From the NCBI GenBank assembly GCA_041665345.1, contig JBAYJA010000001.1:137206-201205 (forward strand): DNA of 64,000 nucleotides, in the 5' to 3' direction. Position 1 is the stretch's first letter, and each line of letters opens with the position of its first letter. Below are positions 45,161 to 53,844 of this stretch, in pieces. Below the pieces are notes generated by a model that had not been told where the DNA came from, did no database searches, and worked only from the letters and a program-made list of their open reading frames with translations. Made by a program: the position numbers and the translations under genes. This DNA is from Patescibacteria group bacterium. Its GTDB lineage: Bacteria; Patescibacteriota; Patescibacteriia; PEXW01.

Positions 45161-46666
45161 TTGCACATGTTCATCCTTCGAGCCAAGCGTTTTGATTTGA
45201 GCACCGGCGGCCAACCTTTTGTGGTTGTACTGCGGAACGAGGACGGGAAGAATTTTGGCATTCACGCGGGTGATCGTATTGTCCTGCAGGTGGATGGGCA
45301 GAAGCTTACGGCGCAGGCTGACCTGACGCACCGGCGCGTGCGCGTGGGGGAAATTGGGTTATTCCGCGAAGTGTGGAAAGCGGGCAAGGTGAAAAATGGC
45401 CAACCCATTCGCATTGCCCCGCAAGGACGCCCGGCATCTATTGAAGCCATTAAAGCCAAGCTGTTGGGTAAGCACCTGCGGGAGCAGGACATGTTTGCCA
45501 TTGTGCAGGATATCGTCAACCATCGAATTGGGACAACGGAACTCACGTACTTCGTTGCCTCCAGTTTCTTCCGGGAGTACACGCATGCAGAGCTGTACGC
45601 GTTGACGAAGGCAATTGCCGAAACCGGGGATCAGCTGCGCTTTGGACCCAAGATTGTGGCTGACAAGCACTCGGTGGGAGGTCTGGCTGGAAATCGGACG
45701 ACCATGGTTGCCATTCCCATCATTGCTAGCTTGGGTATTTGCATTCCCAAGACATCGTCGCGCGCTATCACTAGCCCATCCGGCACAGCAGATACCATGG
45801 AAGTACTGGCCCCGGTTTCGCTGAGCTTGGAAAAAATTCACCGAGTGGTGAAGCAGCATCACGGCTGCCTTGTTTGGGGTGGGGGGTTGCAGCTCGCACC
45901 GGCAGACGACATTATCATCAAAGCCTCCCGCGCACTTTCCTTGGAACCGTACTCCAAGATGATTGTTTCCATTATGGCGAAGAAGGTTGCAATGGGCGTG
46001 ACGCACTTGGTGATTGATATGCCGTATGGCCCAACCACCAAGATTCCTGACCTGCGTACTGCGCAACGTTTGGGGACAAAGTTCCGGTACCTGGGCAAGC
46101 GTTTTGGCATAAAGGTCCGCGTGGCAATGATTGAAGCACGGCAGCCGGTTGGCCAGGGGATTGGCCCAGCCCTGGAAGCGCGTGACGTACTCCGCGTGCT
46201 GCAGCAGAAAGAGTACCGACCCAAAGACTTGGAAGAGAAAGCCATTACCCTGGCGGGTATGCTCATTGAATTGGTTGGCATGGCGCGGAAGGGCACGGGC
46301 GCTAGCGTTGCTCGGGATCAGCTGGTGAGCCTCAAAGCCTGGAAGAGCATGCAGGGCATTATTAAGAGCCAGGGTGGGAAGGCGGATTTGGATTCTGAAG
46401 ACGTGACGTTGGGAGCGAAGCGTTTGCGCGTGCACGCCACCCGTAGCGGGAAAATTCGTGCCATGAATAATCGAGCAATCGATGAACTAGCGCGCAGCTT
46501 GGGTGCGCCAGATGACAAGGTCGCTGGGCTGCACCTGCGCCATCGGTTGGGGGACAAGGTTGTGGCTGGTGAGGTGCTCTACACCTGCTACGCCAGTACC
46601 GCTGCTCGCCTGCAGTTAGCCGCTGCAGCAATGAAGCACGTGCGCGTGTATACCCTGGGGAAGTAG
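45161..46666 (+). CDS. AMP phosphorylase (archaeal-type, thymidine-phosphorylase family with N-terminal extension)
   Basis: 501 aa. KHSVGGLAGNRTTMVAIPIIAS, KTSSRAITSPSGTADTME, CLVWGGGLQLAPADD. The roughly 80-aa N-terminal extension is characteristic of AMPpase rather than thymidine phosphorylase. Confidence 0.7.
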   Translation: MHMFILRAKRFDLSTGGQPFVVVLRNEDGKNFGIHAGDRIVLQVDGQKLTAQADLTHRRVRVGEIGLFREVWKAGKVKNGQPIRIAPQGRPASIEAIKAKLLGKHLREQDMFAIVQDIVNHRIGTTELTYFVASSFFREYTHAELYALTKAIAETGDQLRFGPKIVADKHSVGGLAGNRTTMVAIPIIASLGICIPKTSSRAITSPSGTADTMEVLAPVSLSLEKIHRVVKQHHGCLVWGGGLQLAPADDIIIKASRALSLEPYSKMIVSIMAKKVAMGVTHLVIDMPYGPTTKIPDLRTAQRLGTKFRYLGKRFGIKVRVAMIEARQPVGQGIGPALEARDVLRVLQQKEYRPKDLEEKAITLAGMLIELVGMARKGTGASVARDQLVSLKAWKSMQGIIKSQGGKADLDSEDVTLGAKRLRVHATRSGKIRAMNNRAIDELARSLGAPDDKVAGLHLRHRLGDKVVAGEVLYTCYASTAARLQLAAAAMKHVRVYTLGK

Positions 46667-46729
46667 GGAATTTGACAAGCCGGTTGAGCTGCTACATAAT
46701 GTAGTAGGCCTCTTCACTATTGCACACCT

Positions 46730-47116
46730 ATGCAGGGAAAACGCACAGTTCCAGGGCTAGGTTCACTCGAAACCGTCATAATGGAAGCCCTGTGGAAAAC
46801 CCAGGAAGCTTCGGTGCGGGACGTGCTGGAAGCAATTGGGAATGGGTATGCGTACACCACCGTCATGACCGTCATGCAACGCCTGCAAGAGAAGGGCGTG
46901 CTGCGTCGACGGCTGGTGGATGGTGCCTACCTCTACCAGGCAGTAGCAGCGCGTGACCAGTATGCGAAGGAGACGGTGCAGAAGATGCTCGACCAGCTCG
47001 TTGATGGTTTTGGTGATGTTGCCCTAGCACAATTCTTAGATACCCTAGACGAAGTATCACCCGAACGTTTGCAACGCTTGCGGACAAAGCTGCAGCAAGA
47101 AAAACGACGCAAATGA
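46730..47116 (+). CDS. BlaI/MecI/CopY-family transcriptional repressor
   Basis: wHTH LETVIMEALWKTQEASVRDVLEAIGNGYAYTTVMTVMQRLQEKGVL. Overlaps the next gene by 4 nt. Confidence 0.8.
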   Translation: MQGKRTVPGLGSLETVIMEALWKTQEASVRDVLEAIGNGYAYTTVMTVMQRLQEKGVLRRRLVDGAYLYQAVAARDQYAKETVQKMLDQLVDGFGDVALAQFLDTLDEVSPERLQRLRTKLQQEKRRK

Positions 47117-48090
47117 AGAGTACGCGTATACTCACATTGCAAGTCATGAGTGCTGGGTTACTACTCGGCACACTGCTTTGGTTGCTTGTGCAGTTTGTAC
47201 CTCATGCTTGGACGACGCTACAGGATGTGTCGCACGGCATTGCGTACGCTTGTACTGCTGCGTGGGCGACAATCACCCAGCAGCAACTGATCTTCACCAT
47301 TGTCGGCCTCAGCCTCATTGGACTTCTTGGTATTCGATTGGTAGTACAAGGATGGCAAGCAACCCGTCAGCAGCGAAAAGCATCCCCTGCGGAAGTTCCA
47401 CCATCTGTTGATGTGCTGTCCGTTGCTGCTGATGCAGGTTTGGATGTGAGTCGGCTGGGCATTGTGGACGACGAGCGGCCATACGCGTACACGCGCGGCA
47501 TTCGGTATCCAGAAGTTATGGTGTCTGTGGGCGCGTTGCAGCGTTTGACCCGGTCAGAATTGCGCGCTGTGTTGGAGCATGAAGGCCACCATCTACGAAC
47601 TCGGGAGCCACTTCGACGTTTGCTCATTCACCTGGCAACCCGTTGGTTGCCAGTGCGTCCACTCCGGCGGCAGCTGCTCACCAGTTACGTCATTGCATCT
47701 GAGGTGGAAGCTGATCTCCAGGTCCACAACCAGCAAGCTCTGGGTGAAGCGATTCTACGTTTGGGTCAATTGCCCGGCATAGCAACAGTTACGGTTGCGG
47801 GTTTCAGCCCACTGGATGCCAGAATTGAACGGTTACTCGATGCAACGTACCGGCCATCTTCGGCACTTTCCATACGTTACGTCTTTGGGGCACTGGCTAT
47901 TGCTATTGCGCTTGTCGTGGCTACTCCTAGTACACTGGCCGCATGGTTTGGCGGACAGCATATGCAGCAGACCTCTGCGCATTTGGCAGTCTGCAAGCAG
48001 GAGCATGAGCGGGCGCTCCAGTCCCAAGAGCGTGTGCAGACGTGTGGTCCGCAATCCACCCCACAATCTTGCATGGGTGTGCTTCACTAA
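47113..48090 (+). CDS. BlaR1/MecR1-like M56 zinc-metalloprotease sensor, membrane
   Basis: TM helices. HExxH motif LEHEGHHL. Confidence 0.75.
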   Translation: MKSTRILTLQVMSAGLLLGTLLWLLVQFVPHAWTTLQDVSHGIAYACTAAWATITQQQLIFTIVGLSLIGLLGIRLVVQGWQATRQQRKASPAEVPPSVDVLSVAADAGLDVSRLGIVDDERPYAYTRGIRYPEVMVSVGALQRLTRSELRAVLEHEGHHLRTREPLRRLLIHLATRWLPVRPLRRQLLTSYVIASEVEADLQVHNQQALGEAILRLGQLPGIATVTVAGFSPLDARIERLLDATYRPSSALSIRYVFGALAIAIALVVATPSTLAAWFGGQHMQQTSAHLAVCKQEHERALQSQERVQTCGPQSTPQSCMGVLH

Positions 48091-48110
48091 TTTCACTACA
48101 CTTTCTGCGC

Positions 48111-49721
48111 ATGCCTACAATTTTTAAACTCTCTGTTGGCAACCTGCACGATGCTGACCACGCAAAACGCATTGTTGAGCACCTACAACAGATGCCAGGG
48201 ATCATGCGGGTTGATGTGAATGCCAGCAAAGGCTTGCTCCGCGTTGTCGCTGCAGCAGACGTGGTTTTTACGCAGGTGGAGCAGCGCCTCCAATCCATCG
48301 GAGTTGTGGCTACACTATTTGCATCGCCAGATATTGGTGAGCATCCCTCGCAAAAACTGGAAGTACGTATTGCCGGCATGCACTGCCGTAGCTGTGAGCT
48401 TCTGGTGGAGCGGGAATTTAAGCAGCTGCCGGGCGTGCAGAAAGTGCAGGTAAACGCAGATCGGGGGTACGCCCGTTTGACCTGTGATGCAGCTATTTTG
48501 CCTTCTCGAACTACGCTGAACAGCGTCATTGAGAAGCATGGCTACAAAGTCGCGGCGAAGCAGATTCAAAGCGAAGGACTTCCAGAAACAGAACGTCCGC
48601 GTTTTGGCCAGTTGCTTGGCATCTTTGCCTTGGTATTCGTCATTGGATTCATTCTGTCAAAAACCGGACTACTCCGCTTCAATGCTGATGTTGGCAACTC
48701 AACCGGGCTGCTCGCTATTTTCTTCCTTGGCCTCGTCGCTGCCACAAGTTCCTGCCTTGCTGTGTCGGGTGGGCTCATGCTATCGGTGGTGGCAAATTTT
48801 CGGGAGCGGTACAACCTCCAGGGTCGCGCCAGGCTTATCCCCACTGTAAGTTTTGTTGCGGGTCGAATCATTGGGTATGCCGTCTTGGGTGGAGTGATTG
48901 CTGGTATTGGTAAAGTGCTCTCGCCGTCACCACTCTTCACCGCCGTGATTACGATTATCGCGGCACTGTACATGTTCATTATGGGTTTGGATATGCTGCG
49001 CTTGGCGCCGAGTTGGCTGAAAGCGATTCTCCCCCGGATGCCCAAGGCTTTGGGTCACCGGGTCATGGACAGCAACAAGAATGTTCACTGGTTTTCCCCA
49101 TTTCTCCTGGGGGCACTCACCTTCTTTTTGCCGTGTGGGTTCACGCAGTCCCTCCAGCTGTACGTCCTGACTACCGGAAACGTGCTTACTGGAGCATTGA
49201 CGATGTTCGCCTTTGCTTTGGGAACTGCGCCGGCATTGCTCGCTCTCGGCTGGGTGTCACATTCACTCAAGGGCAAAGCGGGTCAGTTCTTCTTCCGGCT
49301 GGCTGGCGCAGCCGTTATCGTTCTGGGGCTGTACAATTTCAGTAATGGCTTGGCCATTGCCGGCTACCCAATTTCTTTTTCCCGTGGGTCAAGTCCTGAA
49401 ACTGTGGTGCAAGGCAATGTCGCCGATCCGAACGTGATCTTTGATGGTACACGCCAAAATGTGAAGACGACCTTTACCGACTTTGGGTATAGTCCAAGCA
49501 CCTTCACCGTGAAGGCTGGCGTGCCTGTGCACTGGGAAGTGGATTCTGCTGGGAAAGCGGGTGGATGTCGGTCATCTTTCCTAGTACCAAAGTTAAAGAT
49601 TTCTGAATCGGTGGTGAATGGGGTAAGCATTTTTGACTTTACCCCAGACACGCCCGGCACGTACGCCTTCAGCTGTGGTATGGGCATGTACCGTGGCAGC
49701 TTCTCCGTGGTTTCTACCTAA
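48111..49721 (+). CDS. heavy-metal-associated (HMA) domain protein with a CcdA/DsbD-like TM domain and C-terminal cupredoxin-like domain
   Basis: Degenerate HMA 1, then HMA 2 with GMHCRSC. TM core with conserved Cys (ATSSCLAVSGG; FLPCGFTQSL). C-terminal FSCGMGMYRGSF beta-domain. Confidence 0.6.
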   Translation: MPTIFKLSVGNLHDADHAKRIVEHLQQMPGIMRVDVNASKGLLRVVAAADVVFTQVEQRLQSIGVVATLFASPDIGEHPSQKLEVRIAGMHCRSCELLVEREFKQLPGVQKVQVNADRGYARLTCDAAILPSRTTLNSVIEKHGYKVAAKQIQSEGLPETERPRFGQLLGIFALVFVIGFILSKTGLLRFNADVGNSTGLLAIFFLGLVAATSSCLAVSGGLMLSVVANFRERYNLQGRARLIPTVSFVAGRIIGYAVLGGVIAGIGKVLSPSPLFTAVITIIAALYMFIMGLDMLRLAPSWLKAILPRMPKALGHRVMDSNKNVHWFSPFLLGALTFFLPCGFTQSLQLYVLTTGNVLTGALTMFAFALGTAPALLALGWVSHSLKGKAGQFFFRLAGAAVIVLGLYNFSNGLAIAGYPISFSRGSSPETVVQGNVADPNVIFDGTRQNVKTTFTDFGYSPSTFTVKAGVPVHWEVDSAGKAGGCRSSFLVPKLKISESVVNGVSIFDFTPDTPGTYAFSCGMGMYRGSFSVVST

Positions 49722-49729
49722 GCATAGGT

Positions 49730-50698
49730 ATGAAAATGCTTACCTTTCATGGAGAGTACTCGTACAACAAAGCAACCACGTATGAAGGTTTTGTCGCCCT
49801 TTGTCACTTTGAACCCTTTGATGATATTGATTTGATTCGGAAAGCCGCATTGGCGCTTGTGAAAAAAGCTGGTCGGGAGCAAATTATTGTTGTCCCATTT
49901 GCACATTTGCATAGCAAAGTTGCACCAAGCAAGGAAGGGAAATTTCTTTTTCAAACACTAGTGCACAGCATTTCTTCTCAACATCCGAAAACGGTGTCGG
50001 CACCATTTGCTGTAGAAAAAGCGTTGCATATATCTGTTCCAAAAAAAGATTCACTAATAAATTTTCTCAATTTTAAACCTACATACCTTCATGAAGTTCG
50101 GAGGCTCTATGAGGTCTACGCGGAAGATTACGATTTGCACATGATGAAAACCGGGCATTACAAAGCGCAAGAGAGAATTTATGAGGCCGTGAAGGCACAC
50201 ATTTATGAGCCGGTCATCGATGTTGCTTGTGGTCCTGGTTTTTTACTGACGCAAATAATGCGAGATTATTCAAAAGTGTACGCGAACGACATTTCCGAAG
50301 CAATGATTGCTCTTGCAAAAGCGCGAGTGAAAGGAAAGCATATTGCATTTTCAAAAGATGATGCGATGACCCTTGATTCTTTTGGTGGCAAAAGATTTGG
50401 AACAATTATTTCATCTAATCTTTTTTACTATATAAAAGACAGAGAAAAGGCAGTACAAGGGTGGAAAAAGTTTTTACAGGATAGTGGGAGCATTATTTTT
50501 ATTGAGGAGTACCCGTTTATAAACACAAAATCGAAATATTTTGAGGGAAAAAGAAGCGGGATTACCAGTATTCTCTCACCAGTTTCACCCGATGAAATCA
50601 CCGCGCTCATGAAGCACAATGGCTTTACACTGACGCTGAATACAAAAACCGCAATAGATAAACGACATGATTTATTTGGGTTGGTATTTAAAAAATAA
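49730..50698 (+). CDS. class I SAM-dependent methyltransferase with an unknown N-terminal domain; low-GC, likely horizontally acquired
   Basis: Motif I VIDVACGPGFLL. About 40% GC against about 58% in flanking copper genes. Confidence 0.7.
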   Translation: MKMLTFHGEYSYNKATTYEGFVALCHFEPFDDIDLIRKAALALVKKAGREQIIVVPFAHLHSKVAPSKEGKFLFQTLVHSISSQHPKTVSAPFAVEKALHISVPKKDSLINFLNFKPTYLHEVRRLYEVYAEDYDLHMMKTGHYKAQERIYEAVKAHIYEPVIDVACGPGFLLTQIMRDYSKVYANDISEAMIALAKARVKGKHIAFSKDDAMTLDSFGGKRFGTIISSNLFYYIKDREKAVQGWKKFLQDSGSIIFIEEYPFINTKSKYFEGKRSGITSILSPVSPDEITALMKHNGFTLTLNTKTAIDKRHDLFGLVFKK

Positions 50699-50880
50699 TC
50701 TATGCCTTCACATATTCCCTTTGACCCTGATTTTGACCAACCTGCACGCACGCCTTTCCCTGGGTTTCTCCGGGGCACAAGTGCACGAGTTGCGCTCATC
50801 CTCGGTATGACCATCGGAATGTCGGCCTTGAGTTTCATTGGCATTGTGCTTTTTCTGCTCTTGAAGCGTAACGGTTAGGT

Positions 50881-51075
50881 ATGTATGTACAGCTTGTTCC
50901 ATTACTGAACATGCACTGCGCGTCCTGCACAACATTGGTGCGGCTTACTTTGGAAGAAATGCCTGGCGTTATCAGTGCACAGGTTGATGAACGCGAAGCC
51001 AGGGTAGAGTTCGACCAGACGAAAGTTCGTCCAGAACAAATTACTTCTGCAGTCAAAGCGCTTGGCCACGCCTAA
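50881..51075 (+). CDS. copZ: copper chaperone CopZ (HMA domain)
   Basis: 64 aa with MHCASC metal-binding motif. Confidence 0.8.
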   Translation: MYVQLVPLLNMHCASCTTLVRLTLEEMPGVISAQVDEREARVEFDQTKVRPEQITSAVKALGHA

Positions 51076-51077
51076 GT

Positions 51078-51443
51078 ATGCAAATCCTAGGCATCATTCT
51101 CATTATTGTCATCGCTGGTCTCTTCTTCCTTTGGTTGCGTTTTCAACGTCAGCAGGAAGCAGCAGTGCAAACTTCGTCTGGGGTTCAGCAGCAAACAATT
51201 GTCGTACGTGCTGCATACAAACCGAACGTCGTATCCATTCGAACTGGCACACCTATCGAGCTCATTTTTGATCGTCAGGAGGACACGGAGTGTTCACGCT
51301 TCGTCACGTTTGAAGATTTGCACATCCGGCAAGATCTCCCCGCTTTTCAAAAAACGATCGTCAATTTACCCGCCTTACCAAAAGGGGAAGTCCTCTTTAC
51401 TTGCGACATGGGTATGTACCAGGGAAAGCTCGTCATTTCTTAA
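51078..51443 (+). CDS. membrane-anchored cupredoxin-like domain protein
   Basis: N-terminal TM. C-terminal FTCDMGMYQGKLVI, similar to the C-terminus of the 48111 gene. Confidence 0.5.
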   Translation: MQILGIILIIVIAGLFFLWLRFQRQQEAAVQTSSGVQQQTIVVRAAYKPNVVSIRTGTPIELIFDRQEDTECSRFVTFEDLHIRQDLPAFQKTIVNLPALPKGEVLFTCDMGMYQGKLVIS

Positions 51444-51462
51444 ACCAATGCAATCTTGCACC

Positions 51463-51495
51463 CTCTCACTTCGTGGTATGCACTGTGCTAGCTCG
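51463..51495 (+). pseudogene. remnant duplicate of the copA 5' end (HMA fragment [10 protein letters not shown])
   Basis: tctcacttcgtggtatgcactgtgctagctcg against copA 51650-51682 tctcacttcgtggcatgcactgtgcaagttg. Confidence 0.35.
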
Positions 51496-51630
51496 TTTCG
51501 AGCTGCACCCTTCGTGCCCGAGCTGCTGCTCGGTCACTCCGGGTTCCGCTCGAATCCTCGCTTGACCCCACAAACCCGTGCTCACTTCGTTCCGCTTCGT
51601 GTTTGTGGGGACCCGGAAGAATTTTAATAT

Positions 51631-53844
51631 ATGGCTGAGCAAATTGTACTCTCACTTCGTGGCATGCACTGTGCAAGTTGTAGTCAGTTGATTGAGTTGG
51701 CATTGCGGAAAACACCTGGCGTGCAAACAGCAACCGTGAATGTGGCTACCGAGCAAGCACACGTGGAGTACGATCCAGCTGCCGTTGACGTACCAACTTT
51801 AGAATCCGCAGTGCAGAAGATTGGTTACGGCGCTGAACGGGTAGTTGCAGCGGGGGTGGCCGCCAGTCACCAACGTGACCGTGTAGCGGAGCAGCGGAAT
51901 CAAGATATGCGTCGGTTGCAGCGCTTTTTCTGGCTTGCCCTCAGCTTTTCCATCCCGGTCTTTGTCTTGAGCATGGGCATGTCGGTCTTGCCGGTTATTG
52001 AGGACATTCCTGGCCGTGCGTGGATTGTGCTTGGGCTGACGTTGCCAGTGCAGTTCTACGCGGGTTGGCAATTTTTCGTTGGGTTCTGGGGCGCCCTGCG
52101 TGCGCGAACGGCGAACATGGATTCGCTCATTGCTATTGGAACATCCGCAGCTTTTCTGTACTCACTCTTCGTGACGGTTGGTGTGGTGGAAGGGGAGCTG
52201 TACTTCGAAATTGCCGCTATTCTCATAACGTTTGTTCTCCTGGGGAAAATGTTGGAAGGCCGGGCAAAGGGGAAGGCGAGTGAAGCCATTCGGAGTCTAG
52301 CCGGCTTGCAAGCCAAGACTGCGATCGTCATCAAGAACGGGCAAGAGGTTGCGGTGCCAGTTGAAGCGGTGCAGGTTGGTGATGTGCTGCGGGTGAAGCC
52401 AGGCCAAAAAATTCCCGTGGATGGTATTGTCGAATCCGGTACGTCCAGCGTGGATGAGTCTATGGTTACCGGAGAAAGTTTGCCGGTGGAAAAGGGTGAA
52501 GGGGATGCCGTCATTGGTGCGACCATCAACGTCAACGGTAGCTTCACCTTCCGGGCAACCAAAGTCGGCGCTGCAACGATGCTCGCGGGTATTATGAAAC
52601 TCGTGGAAGAAGCACAAGCAAGCAAGGCACCAATCCAGCGATTTGCCGATCGCGTGTCGGCGTACTTTGTTCCGGCGGTGATCGCGCTTGCTTTCATTAC
52701 CTTTGTCAGTTGGTTTTTTCTGGCTGGTGAACCCTTTGTGGAAAGCCTGCTGGCGTTTGTCGCTGTCTTGGTCATTGCCTGCCCATGCGCTCTGGGACTA
52801 GCCACACCCACGGCGATTATTACTGGCACTGGCTTGGGCGCGCAGCGGGGGATCCTCATCAAAGGTGGTGAAGCATTGGAAGCCGCCCGGAAAATTGACG
52901 TGGTGGTGTTTGATAAAACCGGGACGCTGACGCATGGCAAGCCGGAAGTCACCGACACCCTCACTTTTTCCTCGCTGTTCACCAGTGCACAAGTCTTACG
53001 TTACGCTGCTGCGGTTGAAAAGCTATCGAGCCATCCCTTGGCTACCGCCATAGTCCGTGCCGCTGGGGAGTCTGCGTTGACACCGGAAGATTTTCAAACA
53101 GTACCTGGCCAAGGCGTGAAGGCAATTGTTGATGGACAGCACGTACTGCTTGGTAATCGGACAATGCTCTCCTCAGCACATATCGTGGTATCGTCTGAAG
53201 CCGAAACGCGCATCCAACACCTTGAGCAGGCCGGCAAGACCGTCATGCTCTTGGCTGTCGATAAGCACCTCGCAGGGAGTATCGCCGTTGCTGATACAGT
53301 AAAACCCTCGGCAAAGCCTGCCCTGGCAGCACTCCATGACTTGGGTATTCGGACCGTGATGATCACCGGTGATAACCAACGGACAGCCGAGGCAATTGCG
53401 GCATCGTTGGGGATCGGTGATGTGCAAGCCGAAGTCCTGCCCCAGCAGAAGGAGCAAGCCGTGGCGAAGTACCAAGCTCAGGGAAAGCGGGTGGCGTTTG
53501 TGGGTGATGGGATCAATGACGCGCCGGCGTTGGCGCGCGCAAACCTGGGCATTGCCATTGGCTCTGGGACAGATGTGGCAATGGAGACCGGGCAAATTGT
53601 GCTGGTGCGTGATGACTTGATGGACGTCGTCCGTGCCATCAAACTTGCCCGGGCAACCTTCCGAAAAATAGTCCAAAATTTTTTCTGGGCCCTGGGGTAC
53701 AACGTCGCCGGCATTCCCATTGCCGCCGGCGCGTTTGCCTGGGCTGGCCTTACCCTGCGGCCTGAGTTTGCGGGTTTGGCAATGGCATTGTCGTCTGTGT
53801 CCGTGGTGAGTAATTCGCTGCTCCTGAAGCGTTGGAAAGGGTGA
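51631..53844 (+). CDS. copA: copper-translocating P1B-type ATPase CopA
   Basis: HMA MHCASC, CPC motif [24 protein letters not shown]-terminal [10 protein letters not shown]. Confidence 0.95.
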   Translation: MAEQIVLSLRGMHCASCSQLIELALRKTPGVQTATVNVATEQAHVEYDPAAVDVPTLESAVQKIGYGAERVVAAGVAASHQRDRVAEQRNQDMRRLQRFFWLALSFSIPVFVLSMGMSVLPVIEDIPGRAWIVLGLTLPVQFYAGWQFFVGFWGALRARTANMDSLIAIGTSAAFLYSLFVTVGVVEGELYFEIAAILITFVLLGKMLEGRAKGKASEAIRSLAGLQAKTAIVIKNGQEVAVPVEAVQVGDVLRVKPGQKIPVDGIVESGTSSVDESMVTGESLPVEKGEGDAVIGATINVNGSFTFRATKVGAATMLAGIMKLVEEAQASKAPIQRFADRVSAYFVPAVIALAFITFVSWFFLAGEPFVESLLAFVAVLVIACPCALGLATPTAIITGTGLGAQRGILIKGGEALEAARKIDVVVFDKTGTLTHGKPEVTDTLTFSSLFTSAQVLRYAAAVEKLSSHPLATAIVRAAGESALTPEDFQTVPGQGVKAIVDGQHVLLGNRTMLSSAHIVVSSEAETRIQHLEQAGKTVMLLAVDKHLAGSIAVADTVKPSAKPALAALHDLGIRTVMITGDNQRTAEAIAASLGIGDVQAEVLPQQKEQAVAKYQAQGKRVAFVGDGINDAPALARANLGIAIGSGTDVAMETGQIVLVRDDLMDVVRAIKLARATFRKIVQNFFWALGYNVAGIPIAAGAFAWAGLTLRPEFAGLAMALSSVSVVSNSLLLKRWKG
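53816..53842 (+). repeat. 27-bp direct repeat, copy 1 (cgctgctcctgaagcgttggaaagggt) at the copA 3' end
   Basis: Identical 27-mer at 56093-56119. Brackets a 2.28-kb GC-rich segment. Confidence 0.75.

Noticed and set aside
46730-48090. BlaI/BlaR1 pair as a beta-lactam resistance regulon.
   Set aside because: No beta-lactamase or PBP2a is nearby, and the BlaR1-like protein lacks a visible C-terminal penicillin-binding sensor domain. All surrounding effectors are copper-handling proteins.
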